Below are positions 9,867 through 19,984 of a stretch of 64,000 nt of DNA, piece after piece. The position numbers were made by a program, and so were the translations under genes. Position 1 is the stretch's first letter, and the number at the start of each line of letters is the position of its first letter. The notes beneath the pieces were generated by a model. It made no database searches. It saw nothing but the letters and a program-made list of their open reading frames with translations, and was not told the DNA's origin. This DNA comes from a virus: positions 7,314 through 71,313 of IMG/VR virus record IMGVR_UViG_3300015195_000005. One strand, given 5' to 3'.

Positions 9867-10517
9867 TTATTGGACAAGCACGTCAATAGAGGTACCCGCA
9901 CCGGTAGCGCCGTTGAGAGCGATACCGTAAGTTGCAGAGCCACCAACCGATGCCGTGATCGTACCAGTGGCCGTAGCCAGGACATTGACCTGGGACGTAG
10001 GCGACGATGACAGGAGATAACTGGCACCAGGGGCAACCGTGCCAACGAAGGTGTTGGCCGGAATACCAGCGCCGGTAACAGTAGCGCCCTTTTCAAGAGC
10101 CAGGATGCCCGGATCGGTAACCGTGGCCGAACCAGACGTAGTGCCCGTAGAAGCAGCACTACGAGCCGCACGAACAGGTTCAGCGAGCCCAGCGGCATTG
10201 ATACCTACCGCAGCACCAACCGTGACAGCAGCCCCAGTCTTCTTGGTCTGCACCGCATGACCCCTGACCCCGATAGAAACATCGCCGGGAACATTGGCCT
10301 GGGGATAGGTACCGGCAAGAGCCCCGGTCCCACGCTTGACGTTGGGCATGATGACATCGCCCAAGATAGGAAGGGAGCCGTCAGCCGCTACACACTGAAA
10401 GTCACCCGGCCCTCCCATGACACAATCACCGATAGCGGCGGCATAGTTAGCTTCAAGCGTTAGAGCGATGCGATACCCAACAACGCCTCCCGCGATTTTC
10501 GTTGTGATTCTAACCAC
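9867..10517 (-). CDS. Capsid decoration/cement protein with inserted beta domain
   Basis: Gly/Ala-rich; GAAVTVGAAV...G and GIALNGATGAGTSIDVL match the DUF2190/cement pattern; immediately upstream of MCP. Confidence 0.7.
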   Translation of the reverse strand: MVRITTKIAGGVVGYRIALTLEANYAAAIGDCVMGGPGDFQCVAADGSLPILGDVIMPNVKRGTGALAGTYPQANVPGDVSIGVRGHAVQTKKTGAAVTVGAAVGINAAGLAEPVRAARSAASTGTTSGSATVTDPGILALEKGATVTGAGIPANTFVGTVAPGASYLLSSSPTSQVNVLATATGTITASVGGSATYGIALNGATGAGTSIDVLVQ

Positions 10518-10598
10518 CTTCTTTCTGTGAAAAGCGGAGCAGATACTTAGGACAGTATGCCTTACTTCTAACTACACATAGTTAGATCGTTATTTAAC

Positions 10599-12602
10599 TC
10601 AGCCGTGAATCCTGCGAACCCTCTCATCTGCATCCTTCTTGTTACCCTCATCAGGCATGTTGGGAGCAGGCGTAGGCGTGTTGTGATCCTGCTCCACGGT
10701 GGAACGCCTGACTGCCTGAGGGAACTTGGCCCTAAAAGCCGCTTCGTACTCATCCCGCAGAGTGCTAAGGGTTTCAGGATCGTCACCAACCCTGTCTAAG
10801 AGCCGCTCAATCTTCTCAACATCCACAGGGGAGCCCCCACCAGGGATCGTCTTGGACTTGGCGTACATATCGAGCACATCAGCCCGCAGTTCCTTGACAT
10901 AAGCCTCGCCCGCAGCGGCCTTGGGAGTCAATTCAGCGATGTGTTGAGACACTTCCCCCATCAGCATCACGAACGCCTCCTGACCCTCTTCAGGGGCCGC
11001 TGTGACCTTCTCCACGATGGACCGTGGCAATGACATCTTGGTCATGACGGCAAGAACCGCTTTCTTGGACATCTCATCTCCTTCAGGGTGGGCGCTCTTA
11101 TCTTCGTGGGCATGGCTGTGTGTCACATCGGTATCGCTGGCATCGTGGTTGTACCCAACAGCATCAGTATGGTTATGGAAGTGGCTGTGAGTGGTATCGG
11201 TAGTTGGATGATTATGAGAATGACTGTGACCCTTAGCCAACTTGGCAGCCTTGGACTCCTCAGTATCATCGTCCTCTGCACCTTCGGCTTCGCCAAGTTC
11301 CTCGATCAACTGCTTGATCTGATCCTGTGCCGTATCAATGAGCTTGTCACAGTCATCATCGTTATCTGCCTCGATAGCCCCGTCCAAGGCGCTCAAGGTG
11401 CCCTCAAGCTGCACAGCGATGACAGCAGCACCAGAAGTATCCTTGGCAATAGCATCTGCCAAATCTGCCAGCTTGGCCTTGACAGCATCCCGCTTAGCCT
11501 TGATTTCCGAAACTCTGGACGAGGTATCGGCAGCCCGACCAAAGCACAACGGGGACGTGTCCTCACCGGGGGTGAAGCTCCAAACGAGATTCTGCTCGTC
11601 CTTCCATTGGAACCGACCATCCTCTTCCCGCAACTTGTGGCTACGAGCAGCCTTGACTACCGCCGCTGGCATCTTGGGGGTAGGAACCTTGCTGCCCTCA
11701 TCATGTCGCAGCCCAATAACCGAAATGTGCTTGGTGTTGGCGCTCTTGACGATGGCCTCGATCCCAGCAGCCTTGGATACCTCGGCAAAATACTGAGCAC
11801 CAAGGAACACTTGCGAAAGCTCGTACATATCCTTCGCATCATCAAGATCCCTGGTGCATTTGACAGCCTTGGCATCACTTTCGGAAACTGGGACCGGCCA
11901 GCCCCAATCGTCCTCTTCATCAGAGTCGGGATCGTAGTAAAGCCCCTTCTCATGTCCCTCAGAACAGAACCACCAAAATCCCCAGTCATGCTCCTTACCG
12001 ATCGTACAGGCCGACTTACCCAACATTACGCCAACTGAGACAGCCCAGTTAATACCAAACTCAAGGTTCTCGATAAACTGTTCGTTGGCAACAGTACGGG
12101 GGATATAGACATCGTTGTCAAGGAAAGTAGCCGTTACTTCTTGCCCGCTATCGGGGTCAGCAACCTTGATCCTGCTGTTAGCAGCATCAAAGATGCGTCC
12201 AACAGCCAACTTGGTGTAGTCATGACCCACCATGTAGGACTTGCCGATAGGTGAGTATGGATAAGGAAGTTCCGCAAACCCCTTAACCGCAGAGGTACGG
12301 AACCTATCATCATCCCTATCGAGCAGGTCGTTGCATGAATGGGTAGTGAAACAGGCAACCTCATCGGCACCCACTGAACGAAGAGTGAACTTGTTGATCT
12401 TTGCCAACTGCTCTTCTGACGGAACAAACAGGGACGGAGAGATAAGGCCCCCAGTTGAGGCTTCCTTCTCCTCTACATTGGCAAGCCGCAACGTAGTAAC
12501 ACGCTTGTCGATCCCCTTACGGGAAGTATCGCTATCCTGCGGGGGACTACCTACAAGCAGATCAGTTAGCGAAGTCTCAGGCCGCTTGCGCTTGATAGTC
12601 AT
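10599..12602 (-). CDS. Prohead protease-scaffold fusion
   Basis: N-terminal protease-like region (VGHD, VGRIFDA, AVSVG, YELSQV) with a Cys/His insert, then coiled coil, a His-rich tract and a helical scaffold C-terminus; between portal and capsid genes. Confidence 0.75.
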   Translation of the reverse strand: MTIKRKRPETSLTDLLVGSPPQDSDTSRKGIDKRVTTLRLANVEEKEASTGGLISPSLFVPSEEQLAKINKFTLRSVGADEVACFTTHSCNDLLDRDDDRFRTSAVKGFAELPYPYSPIGKSYMVGHDYTKLAVGRIFDAANSRIKVADPDSGQEVTATFLDNDVYIPRTVANEQFIENLEFGINWAVSVGVMLGKSACTIGKEHDWGFWWFCSEGHEKGLYYDPDSDEEDDWGWPVPVSESDAKAVKCTRDLDDAKDMYELSQVFLGAQYFAEVSKAAGIEAIVKSANTKHISVIGLRHDEGSKVPTPKMPAAVVKAARSHKLREEDGRFQWKDEQNLVWSFTPGEDTSPLCFGRAADTSSRVSEIKAKRDAVKAKLADLADAIAKDTSGAAVIAVQLEGTLSALDGAIEADNDDDCDKLIDTAQDQIKQLIEELGEAEGAEDDDTEESKAAKLAKGHSHSHNHPTTDTTHSHFHNHTDAVGYNHDASDTDVTHSHAHEDKSAHPEGDEMSKKAVLAVMTKMSLPRSIVEKVTAAPEEGQEAFVMLMGEVSQHIAELTPKAAAGEAYVKELRADVLDMYAKSKTIPGGGSPVDVEKIERLLDRVGDDPETLSTLRDEYEAAFRAKFPQAVRRSTVEQDHNTPTPAPNMPDEGNKKDADERVRRIHG

Positions 12603-12671
12603 ACTATGCCTCTTTTCTCAGTGCCCTCGACGGTTTTGAACAACTTGCCTTGCGTGGGGTCAACCAATATC

Positions 12672-14237
12672 CTACTCATCGACTCCTTCTTCAATTTCTT
12701 CTTCGGCTTCTTCAGTTCTTTGACCGGATCTTTTCCTTTGCTCATCTGCGATAGTCCCTTCCGGTTCGGTAGAACCAATAGAACCCGGCTCCTTCATATT
12801 AGACGATGCTGTAAAGATGGGGTTATCTGGCAGCGCATCCATCGCACGGTCAACATCGGCGTAGCCCAACTTATGAGCACCGTCTACTTGGCCGATAATG
12901 CCTGCTGCCCACAAAAACAGGATGTTGATGATCTCAAAGTGCTCAGCCTGAGCATCATCCTTGCGGTGCAGACTCTTGTTGCTCTTAAACTGCATGGTAA
13001 TACGGTTTACCTTCTCACCCCACAACTGCGCCATCAGGTAGTACCCGTACTCAATCATCATGCCTACCGACCGCTGATACCTAAGAGCGTTGCGGATCAT
13101 AATATCATAGGCAACGCCCGCATAAGTTTCCGTGGTCGAATAACTTCTCCCCTGAATTGAAGGCATGGACTTAAGCCCTGAGAAAACCTGCTCTTCGTTC
13201 TGAGTAAAGATATTGGTTGCTCCTGCTGCGTTACCTGCTAAGTTCTGCGAGGTAACTGTAGAGTCGTCAAAGTGAACCAAACCGCCATCATCCAGCATCT
13301 GTGCAGCCAGATCGGCATACTCAGAGATAAATGCAGCAGCCCTGGCTTGAAACTGGGTCTGAGTTTCACCAGGAAGAGGCTTAAGCCCTTGTACCTGTAT
13401 ATCTATCAGGCCCAGCAGGGCCAGTTTCCGAACAACTGCGGCCATATTGGTCATCATGTCCCGCTGGATTGAGATGTTGTTCAGGGCAGCCAAGAACGGG
13501 GGGACACCGTAAGGTGAGCCTGGAGCGGCATTGAAGGCAAAGTATTGAAAAGTTATCTCGTTTAGCTTGAGATAAGCCCCGTTTAGCACCTTCTGACCAT
13601 TCTTACGAGCCTCTTCTATCTGCATCATGGTGGCCCGCTGGTACGGAGCCCAGTGTGGACCCACAGACCACGGATCTAGCTCGGGATCTGGCTCCCAGAA
13701 GAACCGTATCGTCTTGGGGTTGACATCTATAAAGTCAACTATGTCAGTAAGGCTTTCGTTAGGAACATATTCCCCTGCCATAGCTCCGTGAACAGCAGCT
13801 TGCCACAACAACTTGTCCATGAGTCCTTCTACACCGCCATGCTTACGCTGTATCTGACGGTCCTTCTCCCATATCCTCTGCTTGAGCCGCTTCTGTACCC
13901 CGCCAGTAGCGTCAATGATAAGCATGTGACTGGGATTAGATAGCGTCTGTATGTTTGCTACCGCTTGGGAATAATCGGGGTTGTATACAGCCAACAACTC
14001 GATATAATCCAAGATTTCAAACGGCAGCATGTAACTCATGGGGGCATAGCTACGGAACATCCCCAAGATAGAGGAGTAGACCGCTGGCCCTGTTACAACA
14101 GATGGGTCAGCTTCTGAGTTGCCTTTGCTGGGCCTTCTAAGGGTACGTGCAGAGCCGCTTCCCTTGGCACGGGCATAGGCGCCATCAGTCATCTTCATGA
14201 TCTCTGCTAGGTCATCAGGAATCCCTGTAGTAGTCAC
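12672..14237 (-). CDS. Portal protein
   Basis: 521 aa after TerL; DPKTIRF-like, PYGVPPF and helical core; acidic C-tail. Confidence 0.85.
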   Translation of the reverse strand: MTTTGIPDDLAEIMKMTDGAYARAKGSGSARTLRRPSKGNSEADPSVVTGPAVYSSILGMFRSYAPMSYMLPFEILDYIELLAVYNPDYSQAVANIQTLSNPSHMLIIDATGGVQKRLKQRIWEKDRQIQRKHGGVEGLMDKLLWQAAVHGAMAGEYVPNESLTDIVDFIDVNPKTIRFFWEPDPELDPWSVGPHWAPYQRATMMQIEEARKNGQKVLNGAYLKLNEITFQYFAFNAAPGSPYGVPPFLAALNNISIQRDMMTNMAAVVRKLALLGLIDIQVQGLKPLPGETQTQFQARAAAFISEYADLAAQMLDDGGLVHFDDSTVTSQNLAGNAAGATNIFTQNEEQVFSGLKSMPSIQGRSYSTTETYAGVAYDIMIRNALRYQRSVGMMIEYGYYLMAQLWGEKVNRITMQFKSNKSLHRKDDAQAEHFEIINILFLWAAGIIGQVDGAHKLGYADVDRAMDALPDNPIFTASSNMKEPGSIGSTEPEGTIADEQRKRSGQRTEEAEEEIEEGVDE

Positions 14238-14317
14238 GGTCTATCGTCATCCTCCCATATATCTGCCCAAGCAATACCAAATACAACCAAAACCATGACC
14301 AAGAGAATAGTAAGCAT
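14234..14317 (-). CDS. Small membrane peptide (27 aa)
   Basis: Own translation MLTILLVMVLVVFGIAWADIWEDDDRP; its TGA overlaps the portal GTG (GTGA). Confidence 0.45.
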   Translation of the reverse strand: MLTILLVMVLVVFGIAWADIWEDDDRP

Positions 14318-14328
14318 AATCACAGGAC

Positions 14329-14676
14329 TCACGACGCTTGAACCAGCCAAAGTCCTTTGACGACAGTAGTTGCCGCCAAACCGTTTAGAATATCAATCCG
14401 ATAACAGAATTGTCCTGCCCTAGCAGTAGCACTTGAAGGTACAGCTACGGACAAAATGCCATGAACACGATCTGTCCATGTCAACTGACCCCCAACGGTA
14501 CTGCCAATTGCCAGGGCCGCACCATCATCATCTGTGGCATTGCGCTTAACCACAAATTGAGCATCCAACCCCATGCAAGAAAACGGCACGATACCCGAAA
14601 CAGGATCGGTGAGCACAACGGGCACGCTCAATACAGGTTGGTTTTCATAACCAATCACCAAATCTTGAATCCTCAT
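14329..14676 (-). CDS. BppU N-terminal-like Ig-fold virion protein
   Basis: AQFVVKR...G.LTWTD...GILSVAVP...G...YRIDI pattern. Confidence 0.6.
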   Translation of the reverse strand: MRIQDLVIGYENQPVLSVPVVLTDPVSGIVPFSCMGLDAQFVVKRNATDDDGAALAIGSTVGGQLTWTDRVHGILSVAVPSSATARAGQFCYRIDILNGLAATTVVKGLWLVQAS

Positions 14677-14798
14677 AGTATGACTACCAGACCAGTCTCT
14701 ATCATGTAGACATACGCACTTACTCTGCCAAGAGTCAGATTAGATACCATCCTAACTCCGGCCTCTACGGCTGTCCCTTCGTCATCACCTGTAGGCAT

Positions 14799-15536
14799 TT
14801 ATGCTATCCCACAAGTAATAGTCAAAGTCCACGTACCACCAGTCTTAACTCCAAGGTTTTGGACAAAACGGTTCAGACACTCCAAGGCAGTAGCTCCGTT
14901 GTCAACAACCCACTCCTGCCAACCAGTGCCCCACTCCCCTACTCCACCTGTAAATGCCGCAACCCACTGCATCTTGTTGGGAGAACCCCCTGTAAGGGTC
15001 GCAGAGGTAACCGTAACGAGCACCTTGTTGGTAGCTGCCTGAAGGGCCGTTTGGGACTGTGTGGCCGCAGTAGACGAGTCGCCAACCCCAACACGAGCCA
15101 ATCCAGCAAACTGTCCAGTCGGATGCAAAATGGTACAAGTAACTGTGGCGCTGGCAGTGGCGTTAACCGAAAGAGTAAAGCTCACTCCCGCAGACACAGA
15201 GATGATGGTGGCCCCAAGAGGCACACCGGCCCCTACGACTACAGAGCCCACATCAGTAGCCAACGCTGAAGCATCAGTGACCACAGCACTAGTGTTGGTG
15301 GTCACACAACTAGCATCAGCACGGCCAAGATAAGTCCCTGTGCCAGCTATCAGGGCCGAGATACGAGTGATACCGGTAAGTACGAGCAGATTGCGCTCAA
15401 GAGTGATTATCTCGTTGGGTGGCTTACCAGAGTTATAAGCCTCGTCGGTATCCCACTTTTGACAAGTGGTTTGTGCATACCAAGGAGCATAGTCAATCTC
15501 TTGTACATCAGATTTAGCATCAAGCAGGATAGTCAT
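14799..15536 (-). CDS. Virion structural protein (fibre/decoration-like)
   Basis: Thr/Gly/Ala-rich; VGVGDSSTAA..SQTALQ and WQEW...LNR motifs seen in phage structural proteins. Confidence 0.6.
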   Translation of the reverse strand: MTILLDAKSDVQEIDYAPWYAQTTCQKWDTDEAYNSGKPPNEIITLERNLLVLTGITRISALIAGTGTYLGRADASCVTTNTSAVVTDASALATDVGSVVVGAGVPLGATIISVSAGVSFTLSVNATASATVTCTILHPTGQFAGLARVGVGDSSTAATQSQTALQAATNKVLVTVTSATLTGGSPNKMQWVAAFTGGVGEWGTGWQEWVVDNGATALECLNRFVQNLGVKTGGTWTLTITCGIA

Positions 15537-16036
15537 GCCTCTGGCTCCTTAAAAACATCCTCTAGGTAACCTTCTGCCACATCCCCGCTATCATCCACCC
15601 ACCACAGCGTAAGTGTAAGAGGGTCATGAGGATTAGCTCCGGTGACAACATAATCATTACCATCATGAGTGCCTGTGTACTGGATCACAAGCCCATCATC
15701 CACGATCTTCTGATGGACTTTGATGAGAAATGCCCGCTTGGCCTCACCGTCCTTGATTCCCTGAAACTCACTTTCCGAAACTACGAGCCGGTTGTAGTTG
15801 GCACCCTGAGCATTGACATGCTGCACCACGATGCCACTTGGATTACCGTGAACTTCCTTGAGAGCAGCATGAGCATCGTCAGGAATCACCGCCAACAAAT
15901 GATCTCCCACAGTTTCCTCTCTATGTCCAAGTTCCCTGGCCGCTGCCCTGCGTAGAGCAATCACCTTTGGATGCTGCGCTTCAGCACCCACCCCCACATC
16001 CTCTACAACTATTGCCTTGGATTCACTCGTTGTCAT
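15533..16036 (-). CDS. Hypothetical protein
   Basis: 167-aa ORF overlapping the next gene start. Confidence 0.6.
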   Translation of the reverse strand: MTTSESKAIVVEDVGVGAEAQHPKVIALRRAAARELGHREETVGDHLLAVIPDDAHAALKEVHGNPSGIVVQHVNAQGANYNRLVVSESEFQGIKDGEAKRAFLIKVHQKIVDDGLVIQYTGTHDGNDYVVTGANPHDPLTLTLWWVDDSGDVAEGYLEDVFKEPEA

Positions 16037-16096
16037 CTACGCTCCTCCTAAAAGGTGTGTCCTATTATCTCTCACAAGGGGTACTTGGGGGTTAGA

Positions 16097-19000
16097 TCAC
16101 CTTCTACGCACCCCGCTGGCCCCAAAGCTAGCACCGGCAGGAGTGCGGAACACGCCCTGAGAACCTGATGAGGAAGACGTACCCGGTACCAATGGCATGT
16201 GAGTCTGACCCGTCCCTGTATTGAAGGATTTAGGCGGAATCCTCAAGTGACTGACCCCAAGTTCCTCTACAAACCTTGCAAAGTAACAGACCGCGGCGTC
16301 ACACAGATGGTCGTTGCCCTTCTGGATGCGCCCATTCTTCCTACGCCACTTCTTAGCCTGATCTATGAAGTCCACATTGGATGCAGGGATAATAAGATCG
16401 TGGGCCTCACTTGTTATGTTCCATGCCGCTACTGCCGACTCCTTCTCTTCAGAGAAGTTCACATCCCTTACTTCAAACCCCTTCTCCCGCATATAGGGAT
16501 TTAGATAGTTACCACCCCCGCCAATGTCGCAGGCCATCTCCTGAAACCCCGCCACATATTTGTTGGCGTACCCGATCAGAGCAGCAACTATCTGATTTAT
16601 CCCTGCATTCTCAATCTGCTCAGATGCCAACAGGACATGTTTGGACCCTGGAAGTGCCTGCCATACACAGACCCCCGCTGCCACAGTATTGCCTTGATAA
16701 GCCACGCAACCAGCCCGACGAGTAACAATAAACTCATCAGGGACAGTACAACAATAAACTTTACCATTATAAGCTACCCGCTCAGGTTGTGTTAGCACGC
16801 GATCTGCCATCAAGGACACGCTAACCGACCATCTAGCCTTTCTATTACCAACAGCAGGAAATCTTAGTTTCATATATGCCCTGTAACCCAACCGAACGGC
16901 AAGTTCTTGAAAATCAGAACAAAGTTGCTCTGAAGTAGAGTGGTAATCTCCCCCACCTTCGGAGCGCCATGAGCCATCTCCCGTCATCATAGCATTAAAT
17001 AATATGGCCAACTGACGATCAGAAAGATTCAAGAACTGCCGAGGTATCCGTTTATCAGAACTTATAGTCCCGATATTGTCTACCCACCACATCCACAATT
17101 GTCGGCCACACATCGTCCAGTTAGTATCTCCCGTCTTAGGATTGAAATACTCTTGGTAATCAATACCCAACCTATCCATACAAGCCCGCATCTGCTTAGT
17201 GTTCAGTGGATGCCGCTGAGACATCTTGACACAAGCAGGCTTACGACCACCATCTTTAGCTGGTCGATAACACAAACCGCCTTCAGACAGCAGATAACCA
17301 AGAAACTCTAACCAGTCGTCCATACAGTAAACCTTGGGATTAACCGCATCCCAGCCCCTGTAACCCTGTATGCCTTTAGATTCGATAGCATCTATTTCTG
17401 GCATAGTAAAGTATTGTTTTTCCCGGCCTCTCCACCATACACTTCCTACAGCATAGGGTTTAGACCACTTCTCTATCTCGTCGGCTCGCTCAACTCGCCA
17501 CTCAACATTCCACGCTTTACGAGTAAGCATCCTGTGATTAGGAGTAACCATCATATCTACTCCCCGCCCAGAAAAGTGCAACAACTCGCCTTGATAATCC
17601 TTGACAGTCAACTTGCTGGGAATAACAAAAGACATCTGACGAGTATCTTTGTTAAACTGAGCTACTTTCTGATTGAGAAGCACATCTTTGAATAACTTCC
17701 ACCCTGTATCTGTCAATATCTCAGTATGGTCATCATGACAGCCCCAGTCAACACATACCGAGACAGGGAACCCAGGCATGTAGAACGTGGACCCGTCCTC
17801 TTCCACCACACTGTCTAGGAACGCTTTTCGGCTTTTGATGACAAAGCCAGAAGAACCGGGCCTAGATCCCATCTGCTCTATCTCAAAAGTCTCATGGTGG
17901 CGCTTCATGCGCATCCAGAGAGTGACTATCTCGTCATAGGGCACCCAACCCTCTGCATACATGGCTCTACCGCCACAATATGCCCGATGCAGTAGTTTAC
18001 GTTCCTCTATGCCAGTATCGGGATCAATATAAGTTTCATAATGATCCTCTCTGAAGCACACTTCCTCAGACTGGCAGGCATCCCCTATACACTCACATCC
18101 CGCACATACATCAAAAACATCCCAACGGTATAACTTGTACCCCATCTCTTCGTGATTGTCGATCAAGTCAGCAAACGATCCTGTTTCATTGTGAAACGTC
18201 GAGGATCTTATATTAATAGAAGGACGAGCGGTGTTGATGGTCGGTAGAGCAGACTTCACCACTTCGGGCTCAGCCTCAGCCTCTTCATCTATTACCAACA
18301 ACCCACCACGGTTAACCTTGACCCCGTTCACAATGCGGATACCACCGGCATGAGGGGATCTAGTCTGCTTCTGAGAGGCGGTAAGCACCCTGATCCATGC
18401 CCGCTGCTTGTTGGTACTTTCAGAAACTTTCATCTCTCCCGAGACAAGCATCTTCCACTCTTCATGACTCTCCACATACTGCTGAAGATAGGTGTAGACG
18501 TTAGCAGCCTGTAACTCAGAACCACCCAAGTTCAGAGCATCAAAGTCCATAATCATCCACAGATAGAACTCAACAAAACTGACTCCTTGTGAATTATGCG
18601 TTGGGACCATCTGTTCGCCTACCAAATAAGTATGGGAAGGTGAATCAACTTCAATACAGCGCACCGGCACCGAAGGTACTTCTCGTACATTAACGATCAT
18701 CCTACGAAGATGACGAGTCTCTTGAGCTACATTAAAATCCATCATAGCGTGTTTGCGATTGCTACGAAACACTCGCTCAGTAGGCCGAAAAGACACCCCA
18801 TGACTCACTCCATAGCTAATCCCATCTAAGATGGCATCCTTCTTGTATCGAGTGGCCTTCCACCCTAGAGATACCACCAACTCATACACAGCATCAGATA
18901 ACTGCTCGTTCATATTATCAAACTGACAATTATTATTATAATTGCGGCAGGTGCCATCAGTATCCATCAAGCCAGCCAGGAGCCATCTACGTTGGCTCAC

Positions 19001-19981
19001 AGAGGCCCGTAGATATTGAGCAGGGACATGCTTGTTGTTAAGCACCCCGAGTGCTCTGAACCTCGGCAACATGCCTAAAACACCAACTCGATAACAGTGC
19101 TTACCAATCTCCTTACTACAAGCCCCAATAGTGACGCCTCTACGCTTCATCCTCCGAACTATGTCAAGATCAGAAGCATTAAACGAAATCATCCCCGTAC
19201 CTGTTGTCCCATTACCTAACCAAAGACCAAGCAGATAAGGGTCTACAGGTAGTTCTGCCTTCGGAAATTGTATCGGGAGCGTGTTATCAATAGAATGGTT
19301 AGTATCGCCCCGTCTACCATACAACAAAGTATCTTTTATCTCTTGAGTAGTCCGCTTACCCTCTCGCTTGCCCCTCCACTGGCCATGCCAGCCATCATCT
19401 CGTAATGTGCGCTGATCGTGCATTAAATTGGCAGCACGCTCTGGGGCCGTTTGCGTCAACCAAGGATGAGTGTCTGAGCACACGATAGTAGAACCATCAC
19501 TGAACTCCATCTCATAGCACTTCTTATCACGATAAATAGGATACAGATGCGTAACTTTGCAAGGTTGACCTTCACGATCAAAAAGTGTGTCCCCTACTTG
19601 TAATTGGCCCATCGTTGTCCACCCATCAGGAGTGGGACAAATGGTATAAAGCGAGACAAGCTTGCCTCCCCCTCTTGGGCCTACAGCGGCAGCCGATCTA
19701 ACCTCTAAACTACAGGTGTCAATGACCAGATCCCGTAGGCCAGGTTGTATGTCCCCAAACCGAGATACCGCTTCTTCAGACGTGATGATCCCCAGCCGAA
19801 TCATCTTAAGAACAGGCTTCTCAGGCAGTATCAGGCCAAGCCGTATGGCTAAACCCTCTGGGTCATCCCTATATTTAGTCTTCAGGTTGACTGACCTGTT
19901 ACGGGTGGCCTTGACATACGACTCTAAGCCCTGAACCGTGGGCAATCTTGGTGACTGTGGCATCTGTCCATCATGCCACAC
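16097..19981 (-). CDS. terL: Terminase large subunit with two inteins
   Basis: Walker A GPRGGGK|S, Walker B LLVIDEE, nuclease CVDWG|T and DHLCDA; upstream of the portal. Confidence 0.92.
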   Translation of the reverse strand: MWHDGQMPQSPRLPTVQGLESYVKATRNRSVNLKTKYRDDPEGLAIRLGLILPEKPVLKMIRLGIITSEEAVSRFGDIQPGLRDLVIDTCSLEVRSAAAVGPRGGGKLVSLYTICPTPDGWTTMGQLQVGDTLFDREGQPCKVTHLYPIYRDKKCYEMEFSDGSTIVCSDTHPWLTQTAPERAANLMHDQRTLRDDGWHGQWRGKREGKRTTQEIKDTLLYGRRGDTNHSIDNTLPIQFPKAELPVDPYLLGLWLGNGTTGTGMISFNASDLDIVRRMKRRGVTIGACSKEIGKHCYRVGVLGMLPRFRALGVLNNKHVPAQYLRASVSQRRWLLAGLMDTDGTCRNYNNNCQFDNMNEQLSDAVYELVVSLGWKATRYKKDAILDGISYGVSHGVSFRPTERVFRSNRKHAMMDFNVAQETRHLRRMIVNVREVPSVPVRCIEVDSPSHTYLVGEQMVPTHNSQGVSFVEFYLWMIMDFDALNLGGSELQAANVYTYLQQYVESHEEWKMLVSGEMKVSESTNKQRAWIRVLTASQKQTRSPHAGGIRIVNGVKVNRGGLLVIDEEAEAEPEVVKSALPTINTARPSINIRSSTFHNETGSFADLIDNHEEMGYKLYRWDVFDVCAGCECIGDACQSEEVCFREDHYETYIDPDTGIEERKLLHRAYCGGRAMYAEGWVPYDEIVTLWMRMKRHHETFEIEQMGSRPGSSGFVIKSRKAFLDSVVEEDGSTFYMPGFPVSVCVDWGCHDDHTEILTDTGWKLFKDVLLNQKVAQFNKDTRQMSFVIPSKLTVKDYQGELLHFSGRGVDMMVTPNHRMLTRKAWNVEWRVERADEIEKWSKPYAVGSVWWRGREKQYFTMPEIDAIESKGIQGYRGWDAVNPKVYCMDDWLEFLGYLLSEGGLCYRPAKDGGRKPACVKMSQRHPLNTKQMRACMDRLGIDYQEYFNPKTGDTNWTMCGRQLWMWWVDNIGTISSDKRIPRQFLNLSDRQLAILFNAMMTGDGSWRSEGGGDYHSTSEQLCSDFQELAVRLGYRAYMKLRFPAVGNRKARWSVSVSLMADRVLTQPERVAYNGKVYCCTVPDEFIVTRRAGCVAYQGNTVAAGVCVWQALPGSKHVLLASEQIENAGINQIVAALIGYANKYVAGFQEMACDIGGGGNYLNPYMREKGFEVRDVNFSEEKESAVAAWNITSEAHDLIIPASNVDFIDQAKKWRRKNGRIQKGNDHLCDAAVCYFARFVEELGVSHLRIPPKSFNTGTGQTHMPLVPGTSSSSGSQGVFRTPAGASFGASGVRRR
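16688..17740 (-). mobile_element. Intein TerL-2 (351 aa, Cys1, LAGLIDADG endonuclease)
   Basis: DWG|CHDDHTEILTDTGW ... VAYQGN|T; LGYLLSEG and AMMTGDG motifs. Confidence 0.9.
18593..19660 (-). mobile_element. Intein TerL-1 (356 aa, class-3 type, Leu1, LAGLIDADG endonuclease)
   Basis: GGGK|LVSLYTICPTPDGW ... THPW ... VRCIEVD ... VPTHN|S; LAGLMDTDG. Confidence 0.9.
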
Positions 19982-19984
19982 GGG

